From Eledone cirrhosa (Eukaryota), in NCBI GenBank assembly GCA_964016885.1, contig OZ024743.1:72106001-72170000 (forward strand): a DNA stretch of 64,000 nt. Direction: 5' to 3'. A program made the translations under genes and the position numbers. Each line of letters opens with the position of its first letter. The stretch's first letter is position 1. The notes below the pieces were generated by a model. That model was not told where the DNA came from and did no database searches. It saw only the letters and a list, made by a program, of their open reading frames with translations. Below, in pieces: positions 46,607 to 58,749 of the stretch.

Positions 46607-47411
46607 AAAGATTATATATACCAAATACAGCAACATTCTGTCTGCGATTGTAATATTTACTAAACTAACAACGATGTCATCTCGTCATATACATAAGTAA
46701 TATCAAACTTATAGCGATACAAACAATGAATGTTATGGTTTCACTCTGTTGATTGATATAAACATTCAATGTGATCACAATATTGCAGTAAAATAATTTG
46801 ACAAACTTATAAAATATATAGATTCGCAGATTGAATTTGAAAAAAATCTTACATCTCAAGGTGCTCTCAATACCAATGATTGTAGTAGCACTAGGAATGA
46901 TGAAAAAGGGAAGAGAAAATGATTTTAGAATAATCCCTTTGTTACTACCATTGCAAGACGTGTAAAAAATTGTTTTAACTGTTACGACACGTTTATTGAG
47001 AGAGCACTATCACTGTAATAACTATTACATTTTTGTAATATTTACTAAACTATCAACGATGCCATAATATTATTAAAAATCTATGTATATTTTCTTTATT
47101 TAACTTTTTTAGATTATATTGATTGTTGGAAAGTTGGAAATAATTGAGCACTCTTGCTGAGCATTCTGCTGTAAATATAATTTTAAACAGATAACGTACA
47201 CAGGTGTAAAGTGAATATAATTGTAACTGTGTAAAGTTCGTGGCGGGTACAATCTAGTGTGTTTATGTTTCTGTCTTATCAATGTATTTAGTGAGTTTCC
47301 CGCCCTAGCTTTCGGGGGTAACAGATCGGCAAAAAAACATGGAAAAAAAACTGAAGGTAAAGAAAAAGCATAATAATAATAATAATTTAGTAAGGATAAA
47401 TATGTAATATG

Positions 47412-48405
<994 letters not shown>

Positions 48406-49185
48406 TATATATATAATAACAGAGTGAAGAATAACGTGGTCGGCTGTACAATAGGGTTTACGATATATATATATATATATATATATATAAATGTTTGTGT
48501 GCGTGTGTGTATGTGTGTATGTGTGTGTGTATGTGTGTGTGTGCGTGTGCTCGCGTCCGTGCGTGTCTGAAACATTAAGACATTTCCTGAAATTTCAATC
48601 ATTAATCTAATATATTATTTTCATGTACTGTGCCGTTTGTTTTGTTTGTTTTTGTTAATTCTATATACTTTTTGTATACGTACACACACACACACACATC
48701 TATACACCGCTCACCTATATATATTTTCTGCATGCAAATAATTCGGTCCTGACTGAGAACTTGGACAGATGGCTTAGCACTGTGTAGAAGAAATATATAA
48801 CGTTCCATTACTTCTGTATTTTATAGATAATTGGATATAAAATATACGTTGAGTTACGTGAATTAAGAGCGCAAATAAAAATAGGATTCCCTTTCACAAT
48901 GAAAATTATATTACTATTTAACTTTATTACATATACTCACTTAAACATTTAACATATTTGCAGCCAGGCCACGCTAGACAAAGCATATGGGATGGCCACG
49001 ACTGGAACATCAATGGCCTTAGGTCTGACATCTTCTTCGGGACTTGGAGCTAAAATTCCCAATAAGGAGATCAACATATAAACTTTCCTAGCTAGAATAT
49101 GAGGTTTAGGAGAATTGTCTTGGAGAAGAAGGTATTTGGAAATATGTACCAAAACCTCACCAGACACCTGACATTATACAGTAAA

Positions 49186-49375
49186 GGGCTGGGGATTGGC
49201 TGTATCGGTACAGGGTCGGACACCATGCTTAGCAGCAAAGATTTACGGCCCTTTATGGTCTGAGTTCAAATCCCGCCGAGGTTAACTTTGCCTTTCATCT
49301 TTACGGGGTCGATAAAATATAGTACCAGTAATGTACTGTGATGATTGCTGGCCTTGTGCCAAAAGCAGAAACAAT
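49186..49375 (+). mobile_element. tRNA-derived SINE (octopus-type), short-tail variant
   Basis: B-box GAGTTCAAATCC followed by CGCCGAGGTTAACTTTGCCTTTCATCTTTACGGGGTCGATAAAAT..AGTACCAGT and tail GGCCTTGTGCCAAAAGCAGAAAC. Confidence 0.9.
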
Positions 49376-49389
49376 GTTATAGTAATGCT

Positions 49390-49604
49390 AAGCTGGTGGA
49401 GCGTCAGTATTGTTAGAGTGTCGAACAACATGATTTACTGCTTAGCTACGACCCATTACCTTCTGAGTTCAAATCGCGCTGAGGTTAACCTTTCATTCTT
49501 ACGGAGTCAATAAAATAAAGTACCTTCCACGCACGCACTGGGGTCGATTTAATCCACTTTGCCTACCCAAATTCGTTGGCCTTGTGCCTAACTCAGAAAC
49601 CATT
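49390..49604 (+). mobile_element. tRNA-derived SINE (same family), long-tail variant, directly in tandem with the previous copy
   Basis: CTGAGTTCAAATCGCGCTGAGGTTAACC...CACTGGGGTCGATTTAATCCACTT...GGCCTTGTGCCTAACTCAGAAACCATT. Confidence 0.85.
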
Positions 49605-50537
49605 GTACAATAACACTCAAATGGTGGCCACTGTAAGAAGAGATGATTGGTAAGAAGGTGTAGGTAAAGATGCTATTATCAATGTTATTCACAACCATTC
49701 AGACAGAGAAACTCTCCTAACTAATATTGTTATTTATTACAGCATAAACAAGTGTCTACTATGACTAATTTGAATTTTAGTAATAAGTTCTGGTTTTTAG
49801 ATTGTAAAGATTTGTAACTAAATATTGCAAAGTATCGTGTCTGATGCTCTACTAAATCTTCCATATACTGACCTCGCCAAATATTTCGAAGATATTGATG
49901 AGAAATTAAAACATGAAAAAAATACAGAAATAAACAACAACAAAACGAAATGAAATAGAAAACAACAATATCTTCACCAGCAATTACACAGATAGAGACA
50001 GCAAAATATAATTAGGTGAAAAAGAATAAAGAAAAATTATAGATAACTAATTTACTACTATTTGAATGTTATTTGTTCGTCACTTCCCCAACTTCAATCT
50101 TTCTCTAAACAAATCTTTAATCTTGTTAGATAACTTGATTGAATGTATCTCAATATTTATTTGTTGATTCTTTATCCCAGGCGGAGTTTTAGCCAAGAAG
50201 ATTACTATGACTTACAAGAATACAGTATCTCTCAATATCTCACCCATCTTCACACTTCCCCTCTCTAGCTACGGCTGCGATTATTTCATCTGGTTTTACA
50301 CATCAAAACTTGGCGTCAGAAGCTGACAGTTTGTAAGAAATCTATCCGATCATATTGAAAGTATGTTAATGGCATTTACACAAATACTTAAGATATTTGC
50401 AGTCTAGATATCAAGCGATCTCAAACGTAAAAATATAATCGAAAGTAAAGCTATGAGGTGATTTACTATTAATAGGTATTACATGCATAAAATCAGCTGC
50501 AGCATTCCACACCCACACACGCGCGTACCTCTGCGTC

Positions 50538-50540
<3 letters not shown>

Positions 50541-50606
<66 letters not shown>
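50541..50606. repeat. (TA)n microsatellite
   Basis: Direct reading. Confidence 0.97.
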
Positions 50607-50610
<4 letters not shown>

Positions 50611-50728
50611 CGTTATAGGTAATCCAGTTAGAGGTTGTGAATACTTCCTATTGTGGAACATTCGTAGGTGGCGAGTTTATGAGTTCTCTTTCATTGCTAT
50701 GTAAGTTTATCTTGGAGTAATAATATTG

Positions 50729-51056
<328 letters not shown>

Positions 51057-51317
51057 GTTATTATGTGGGAGGGTTATGTGGCCAATAAAAACTTACGCGC
51101 TTGTTTATTTTCACTTCAATTTATTACAAATACAGTCTAAATATTATATATACTGAGAAAGCTCTTTCGTGACCAACCGGAAATTTATAATAAACTGAAG
51201 TGAAACGAGCAGGTGCGTGTGTTTTTATTGGCAACATGAGCCTCACAATGTATAATAATATCTATTTCAACACAGGTTTTCAAATAAGAAATCTCGAAAC
51301 AAAAATTCAAAAGCGAA

Positions 51318-51369
<52 letters not shown>

Positions 51370-51481
51370 AGATAAATGATATACATGCCAAACATACATA
51401 TACATCCTTGAAATGATCATAAAATGATGACTTTTTAATATAATGAACTTGTTCTTTGATTTTATTTCATTGTTTTTATTA

Positions 51482-51588
<107 letters not shown>

Positions 51589-51595
51589 AGATATC

Positions 51596-51877
51596 GAAAA
51601 TGCAACTTTAGTCTTATTTTAAAAAAATATATATATTTATTTGGTTCCTTTACCGGTTTCGTAGTTCTTCTACTTTTAAAAAGTAGAGTTGAGATGGTGG
51701 TTGTGTGGTTTTTCTCACGTTGAGATGGTGGGTCTGTGGTTTTTCTCACATCTGTGAGAAAAACCAAAGAGCCCCCATCGGAACTCTACTTTTGAAAGGC
51801 AGAAGAACTGCGAAACCGGTAAAGCAACTAAATAAATTTATATATTTTTTTAAAAATAAGACTCCAGTTGCATTTTC
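51596..51877. repeat. Imperfect foldback (inverted repeat, ~125-bp arms, 2-nt centre at 51751-51752)
   Basis: GAAAATGCAAC...GGTTTTTCTCACA-TC-TGTGAGAAAAACC...GTTGCATTTTC. The left arm has an extra ~31-bp tandem copy (GTTGAGATGGTGG...TTTTTCTCAC x2). Confidence 0.9.
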
Positions 51878-51954
51878 CATTTCATCATTTTTTCTCAATA
51901 CTTTCACTCGTGTAGGACACCTCGGTTACTTTTCATTTTGTAAAAAAAGCTCAC

Positions 51955-52048
<94 letters not shown>

Positions 52049-52387
52049 AAATGGGGAGAAGAATACTGCAGGTTGCACATGGATAACATGTAATAAAATA
52101 AGTCCCTCATCAGTGATTTGCCGACGATCATAGATATTTCATTGCATTAAAAATCATATACCTCACGTCGGTGCAATAATAACTAAATTAAGTTAAGACA
52201 ATTAAAACGCGTAAAGCGAGTGAGACAAGATAACGACAAAGAGGAGAGCTAACCGTAGAAGGAAGGGAACAAGCTTCATAGTTATTCTGTTAGCATAAGC
52301 TAGGTGAATATATGAGCGCTTAGAAAAAAGACCTTCGGGAACGAATCCAAATGTGAGAAAGAGAGAAAATGTTTTCGTCACGAACGG

Positions 52388-52464
<77 letters not shown>

Positions 52465-52600
52465 GACGTAAATAAGAAAGTTATAAAATTTGACTTACTG
52501 TCTTGGAATCTAGTCTCCGGTCGCTTTTTTCCATCCACTGAACTATTTTTATATAAGTTCCCAGTGTCCTCGCATTGCTTGGAAGCTTAGCTGAGAATAG

Positions 52601-52681
52601 ACTCCCTGATGACGTAAGGCTTCTCTATGGATACGCTCCGTAACCATATGTATCCCCTTACAGAAACTAATTAGTTGGAGT
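52601..52681 (+). ncRNA. Type I hammerhead ribozyme motif with extended stem II
   Basis: ACTCC-CTGATGA-c-GTAAGG..GGATAC..GTATCC-CCTTAC-a-GAAA-CTAATTAG-TT-GGAGT: stem I 5 bp, stem II 6 bp with a C.A mismatch at its base, palindromic stem III, GUU site. Confidence 0.7.
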
Positions 52682-53127
52682 GAACTTTTAGTAAGTAAGT
52701 CAATTTTCATAACTTTCTCATTTACGTCTTTCATATAATTGTTCTGCATCCCCATGCATAGAACCACAAAGTTACTAAGACAAAACATATACATTTGCTA
52801 ACATAGGTATGCATATGTATACATATGTTGGTAGATATACTAATTCTTTATAATTATCTCCAAAATATTTGTTGAGCAAAACTTGCCGAAATTACTACTA
52901 TGATTAATAGTAGTGGCTAGGCCCTGTCTTAATAGCACCCGCACTCCTCACTGATAAACCTCAGTGTCAGGTGATTCATTATTTTGAATTTGCCACTTGA
53001 CCAAGTAGGCAGTGAATTTTTCAATACCTTGGAATCTAGTCCCCGCTCGCTTTTTTCCATCCACTGAATTATTTTTATATAAGTTCCCAGTGTCCTCGCA
53101 TTGCCTGGAAGCTTAGCTGAGAATAGT

Positions 53128-53206
53128 CTCCCTGATGACGTAAGGCTTCTCTATGGATACGCTCCGTAACCACATTTATCCCCTTACAGAAACTAATTAG
53201 TTGGAG
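53128..53206 (+). ncRNA. Type I hammerhead ribozyme motif, second copy
   Basis: CTCC-CTGATGA-c-GTAAGG...CCTTAC-a-GAAA-CTAATTAG-TT-GGAG. Confidence 0.65.
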
Positions 53207-53612
53207 TGAAATTTTAGCAAGTAAGTCAATTTTCATAACTTTCTTATTTACGTCTTTCATATAATTGTTCGGCATCCCCTTGCATAGAACCACAAAGTTA
53301 CTAAGACAAAACATGTATATTTGGTAACATAGGTATGCATCTGTATACATATTTTGGTAGATATACTAATTATTTATATATATATATATACAATTAAGTT
53401 AAAAATGTACATCCACATATGTATACTGAAATACTAGTATGCATATGAATACACACACGTGTACATATGTAGATGTACCGAGTTTTTCACTGGTCACTTT
53501 ACTGTGAGTGTCCAGCTATTCTGTATGTAAACACACAGACAAACCGGTTTTTAGAGTCATACTGGTTTTTGAGGAAACACCTTTCCTCTATTCTCCAGAA
53601 AGCCAGACAAGG

Positions 53613-53657
53613 AATATTGGACTAGTTTCGATGTTGTTACATCTCATCAGCAATATT
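53613..53657 (-). ncRNA. Minimal type I hammerhead ribozyme
   Basis: Exact reverse complement of the 54419-54463 motif. Confidence 0.88.
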
Positions 53658-54418
53658 TACCTATGTTCCGGCCTTTCTGGAGAATCGTAAAAGCACATAT
53701 CGTTATATGCTTTTTCTATGAAAATTAGTAGTGGGCAGACTAATTTGCATAGAGCGTGAGTACGTACCGGTTCAACGGAGACGATAAAAACAAATAACGA
53801 AGCGAAATTAAATTTCGTTTCGTTTGTAACTCACTTTTGTATGACTGACGCTTAAACAATTAAGTTAAAAATGTACATCCACATATGTATACTGAAATAC
53901 TAGTATGCATATGAATACACACACGTGTACATATGTAGATGTACCGAGTTTTTCACTGGTCACTTTACTGTGAGTGTCCAGCTATTCTGTATGTAAACAC
54001 ACAGACAAACCGGTTTTTAGAGTCATACTGGTTTTTGAGGAAACACCTTTCCTCTATTCTCCAGAAAGCCAGACAAGGAATATTGGACTAGTTTCGATGT
54101 TGTTACAGTAAAGTGACCAGTGAAAAACTCGGTACATCTACATATGTACACGTGTGTGTATTCATATGCATACTAGTATTTCAGTATACATATGTGGATG
54201 TACATTTTTAACTTAATTGTTTAAGCGTCAGTCATACAAAAGTGAGTTACAAACGAAACGAAATTTAATTTCGCTTCGTTATTTGTTTTTATCGTCTCCG
54301 TTGAACCGGTACGTACTCACGCTCTATGCAAATTAGTCTGCCCACTACTAATTTTCATAGAAAAAGCATATAACGATATGTGCTTTTACGATTCTCCAGA
54401 AAGGCCGGAAGATAGGTA

Positions 54419-54463
54419 AATATTGCTGATGAGATGTAACAACATCGAAACTAGTCCAATATT
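54419..54463 (+). ncRNA. Minimal type I hammerhead ribozyme
   Basis: AATATTG-CTGATGA-GATGT-AACA-ACATC-GAAA-CTAG-TC-CAATATT: 7-bp stem I, intact CUGAUGA and GAAA core, 5-bp stem II, palindromic ACUAGU stem III, GUC cleavage triplet (predicted cut after 54456). Confidence 0.9.
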
Positions 54464-54751
54464 CCTTGTCTGGCTTTCTGGAGAATAGAGGAAAGGTGTT
54501 TCCTCAAAAACCAGTATGACTCTAAAAACCGGTTTGTCTGTGTGTTTACATACAGAATAGCTGGACACTCACAGTAAAGTGACCAGTGAAAAACTCGGTA
54601 CATCTACATATGTACACGTGTGTGTATTCATATGCATACTAGTATTTCAGTATACATATGTGGATGTACATTTTTAACTTAATTGTTTAAGCGTCAGTCA
54701 TACAAAAGTGAGTTACAAACGAAACGAAATTTAATTTCGCTTCGTTATTTG

Positions 54752-54795
<44 letters not shown>

Positions 54796-55060
54796 ATATA
54801 TATATATATATATATGTATATGTTTATATATATATATATGTATATGTTTATATATATATATATATTATATGTATATATGTATATATATATACCATAAAAC
54901 ATGTCTTTAGAATCACTAGATATAATATAAGCCTACCCGCCGTAAGCAACTAATCACATACTTTCTAACTTGACCGCTGCCACATCACGATTCTTAGCCA
55001 TTTTGGAATGTATGTTTGTCGCGATAACTTTGGAAAATTAAATGTCTTATTTTGAGCTCG

Positions 55061-55134
55061 CTCCTGATGATTCCGAAACTCTGGATATTCCTTGTTATCG
55101 GATGTCTTAAAATACGGATGAAACCATGGTAGAG
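55061..55134 (+). ncRNA. Type I hammerhead-like motif in a ~350-bp segment between (TA)-rich tracts
   Basis: CTC-CTGATGA-t-TCCG...CGGA-t-GAAA-CCATGG-TA-GAG: 3-bp stem I, 4-bp stem II with a basal mismatch, palindromic stem III, GUA site. Confidence 0.6.
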
Positions 55135-55302
55135 GTAATTAGGTATGTACGCAATTCTTCTAAGTTCAACTTTACACCTAATTGTGTTTAGTTAACGGTA
55201 TATCTCGTCGATTTTTTACATGCTGTCGAAATGTTAGATAAATAATCTATACACATATATATACATACACACACATATATATATATATGCATATATGTGA
55301 GA

Positions 55303-55581
55303 AGGCGTATGGATTAGTGGTTAGAGCAGTAGGCTTGCAATCGAAAGGTTGTGAGTTCAATTCTTGGACCGGGTGATGTGTTGTTTCCTTGTGCAAGACA
55401 CTTTATTTCACGTTGTTCCAGCTTACTCAGCTGAAAATGAATACCAGCAATTGCTGGAGGTTTAAGCCTACGATTCACTGGCGTCCGGTCCAGGGAGGAG
55501 TCTTATACTCTCAGTCGTTTCACGCCATGAAACCGGGATAAGCACCGGCCAAAAGAGCCTTCTGGCTTAAGACAGACTTTA
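55303..55581 (+). mobile_element. tRNA-derived SINE with CORE-like central domain, near full length
   Basis: Head GGCGTATGGATTAGTGGTTAGAGC (A box) ... GAGTTCAATTCT (B box). CORE-like CCTTGTGCAAGACACTTTATTTCAC..CTCAGCTGAAAATGAATACC. Tail CTGGCGTCCGGTCCAGGG..GAAACCGGGATAAGCACCGGCC. Confidence 0.85.
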
Positions 55582-55676
55582 GTCATACGGCCTGCCCCCC
55601 CCCCCCCCGCCAGTGCTGTGACCACGTGCTGTGACCAGCGGCGCTGAATGGCGCCCGACAGCTTGGTCGATCAACG

Positions 55677-55776
<100 letters not shown>

Positions 55777-56199
55777 AACAAATATATGTATATATGTATA
55801 TAAACAAATAGTAAAAAGGAACAATTTAGTAGAAAATAAAATGCTGGAGGGATTGTTTTGTATAATAAAACATTATTTATAAATTGGGTATTTCTGCATT
55901 TAATAGTGGTACCGGTTTCAGCAGTATATGCTTTTTCAACGGTGGATGTGCAAAGTGCTGTTAAGTTGCATATGTATACGAATAAGAATAACATGAGGAA
56001 GAAAAATGATTAGTTTTTACATACATATTTAGAGGGGAACTTTCATGTCTCTGTCCGAGGTTATTTTTCGTTCTGGGTTAGTTGGCTAACAGAGGTGATA
56101 GTAGTTTTAAATTTTTGGTTTCTGACTGCTGGTTCCGAACTGGTAGGAGTGGGTGGAGAGGGATAAGGAGGAGGCGAGGGAAAAGTGGGAGAGGGGGGA

Positions 56200-56200
<1 letters not shown>

Positions 56201-56284
<84 letters not shown>

Positions 56285-56288
56285 AAGA
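56201..56288. repeat. (AAT)n(AAG)n compound microsatellite
   Basis: Direct reading. Confidence 0.97.
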
Positions 56289-56427
56289 CAGGGGGTAGGT
56301 GTGGTAGCAATCTGTTGTGGTGATAATCACTTTAAAAAATGGCTACAAAGGTGGGCTGGGCGTGGGATTGGCTTGAATGGTTGAATGACCTAAGAGTTGA
56401 CCGGGGAAGTAATTGTTTCTAAACATA

Positions 56428-56533
<106 letters not shown>

Positions 56534-56792
56534 TATGTATACGTACATACATATTTATGTACATGCGTACAGTAGTATGTATATATATACATACATACAC
56601 ACACATATATATGTACGTATGGGTTTACCAAACATTTATTATAATGTTGGGTTTGTTTCTAAACAAACAGCCCGAAATACGCCGTACAGTTCTCGGCAAC
56701 AATCGTCGCCCTCCTGTTCAACACTGACACAGGAACGATGTACTGGTGTCCATATCATTAGCCATCGTCAGCATCGCACACCTTTCTCTCAG

Positions 56793-56940
56793 ATGATTGA
56801 ACGTCTGAAAGCATATACTTACCCCATACATATTAACGGCTGAGCAGCCCAATTTGCATATCGAGTGAGTTAGTCGTGAGTTAGTCGAGTGAGTTAGTCA
56901 TTATAATGTGGAAAGTATATGCTTTCAGACGTTAAATCAT
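56793..56940. mobile_element. Small MITE-like element with 28-bp inverted repeats
   Basis: ATGATTGAACGTCTGAAAGCATATACTT vs AAGTATATGCTTTCAGACGTTAAATCAT (27/28 complementary); internal GTGAGTTAGTC x3. No clear target-site duplication. Confidence 0.6.
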
Positions 56941-56957
56941 TTGATAATTTTATATAA

Positions 56958-57076
56958 TTGTTTCTACTTATGGCACATGGCCAGCAATTACCCAGTGCAT
57001 TACTGGTACTTTATTTTATCGACCCCATAAGGATGAAAGGCAAAGTTAACATCGGCGGCATTTGAACTCAGAACGT
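56958..57076 (-). mobile_element. 5'-truncated tRNA-derived SINE, short-tail variant
   Basis: TACTGGTACTTTATTTTATCGACCCCATAAGGATGAAAGGCAAAGTTAACATCGGCGGCATTTGAACTCAGAACG is the reverse complement of the 49186 family body. Confidence 0.9.
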
Positions 57077-57951
57077 TCTTGGGACAGTATAGTGTGACTA
57101 TATTACAAACCTTCCAAGCTCTAAAAACTGAAATAGGGAGTACCATGAAAAATAAAATGATGCAAAATGGAGAGATTTTTTATAATGAAAGCTAAAGAAA
57201 TCTTTCGCCCACCCCAAAATATGTGTGAGATTTCTGAGTGGGACGGGGACAGTTATCAATTCTGATATTAGAAAGTATCAGGGGCCCGACGGCTGAGGTC
57301 TCGCCGTTTTGAGAGCTAATTCTAGACTGGTGTGACTTTGTATCTTACCCACTCAATTTCACTCAAATGCCGTGATTCGAGGCTACAGTAATTGAAAATT
57401 CTCAAATATGGCATGCTATGGTATCGAAGCTGGAACCTAATGTTCACGTCATGCTGCATCCACAAAATAGGAATGTATTTGATAATACATTGAAAACATA
57501 TATATATATATTTAAATAGGCGAATGATCGATAAAATCAGCAGGAGTGAAATTTGCATTATAGAAATATATTTTAATTGTTTTTTTTTCTCTTGTTTCAA
57601 TAAGCATTGTGTGTGTTTAGTATTTTTAAATTAAGGGTTACATTTGTTTTATGAAATTGAAACTGTTTATTTAATTTAAACTGTGCATAAGAAATTAATT
57701 ATACTTAATGTTTACATTACTGCAAACTATGTATTGCTTTTAAAATAATATTTTACTAACGTTCATTTACATTCTCATGATCTGGCATGTGTGTCAGCCT
57801 TTATATATATGTATAAAAGTGGAGTGTAAACAACAAATTTAATATAGAAATGGCTTCCACAGGACTAGAACTGTTTCATTCAAAGGACATCAGAAGGAAA
57901 AACCCAAGTATTGAGTACCTTACAATCTGTGGTGACCGCCGATTCAACCTG

Positions 57952-58117
<166 letters not shown>

Positions 58118-58432
58118 TAGCAGTTTATACCGGCGTTGCTCGGGTGTGTTCATTTGCTATGAAGAGTTACATACAGATAAACGTAGCTTGAAAGCGCATA
58201 AGCTGATCAATTAAGTGCATAAAGCAGTTGAACCGGTTATTAATAGATACGAACCAATTAGCATTTTGGACAATCTATGATGGGTTAATAATCTTCCAAT
58301 AGCAAATTTAGTAGACCAAAGTTGCAAGATGGTGGCCTTGATGCCGCTAGGTGTCAGATCTGTCCGCTATGGGTGCCACTACCAGTTTTCCAGACGGCAT
58401 AGCTCCAACACCTCCAACAGCTGCACCGAAAA

Positions 58433-58630
58433 CTATAGCACCTCTTTGTAGACGATATTGCATGTCATCCCTTGCGGAGAATAAGCAAAAGTCCATTCCT
58501 GTTCCCTACGCGGGAACAGGCAACATAAAGTTGGCCATGGGAGATTATCCAGTTTCAGTCTGAACACTCTGGCAATGAGGTCATGTCTGTTCGAATAATT
58601 TTGCCCAGGAAAAAGTTCACGGGTTACATT
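58433..58630 (-). pseudogene. Helitron RepHel remnant: Rep segment fused to helicase C-terminus
   Basis: PGQ..RHDLIARVFRLKL is followed within ~10 nt, in another frame, by SHGQLYVACSRVG, then NIVYKEVL-stop. Confidence 0.85.
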
Positions 58631-58749
58631 CCGATTCATATGTCTATAGCATTAATCTGTTATATGAAGTGTTATTTTGCGGGTTGTTATTTGCAATAAG
58701 TCGATTGAAAATGCCCCAGATAAGCCGTATGCCAATACGGAACGCTCCA

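Larger units (their letters stand above)
52457..53371 (+). mobile_element. Non-coding partial-tandem element (526-bp unit) with two hammerhead motifs and a short 5' inversion; Penelope pLTR/retrozyme-like
   Basis: 52502-52845 and 53028-53371 are direct repeats (offset 526). 52457-52499 is the reverse complement of ~53220-53262. Flanked by (TA)n on both sides. Confidence 0.8.
53391..54758. mobile_element. 466-bp hammerhead-bearing unit in tandem plus inverted arrangement (retrozyme-like / non-autonomous Penelope-like element)
   Basis: CAATTAAGTT at 53391 and 53857 (period 466). Orientation flips at 54105-54107. ACAGTAAAGT at 54105 and 54571 (period 466). Copies nearly identical; (TA)n on both flanks. 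Confidence 0.88.

Noticed and set aside
46648-47065. ~35-bp direct repeat TTGTAATATTTACTAAACTAwCAACGATGyCAT at ~46648 and ~47033
   Set aside because: Real but short and AT-rich; no element structure could be assigned to the enclosed sequence.
48949-49167. 72-aa minus-strand ORF as a host exon
   Set aside because: No recognisable domain and no supporting neighbouring exons.
52045-52390. CTGATGAGGGAC on the minus strand near 52110 as a hammerhead
   Set aside because: No downstream GAAA or closing stems found. The segment is probably a microsatellite-associated repeat, but I cannot classify it.
53508-54568. Duplicated 60-aa ORF (MSSYSVCK...)
   Set aside because: It starts at GTG, is antisense to the hammerhead and has no recognisable motif; it is duplicated only because the repeat unit is.
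55303-55375. tRNA gene
   Set aside because: A and B boxes are present, but the cloverleaf is imperfect and it continues into a SINE body.
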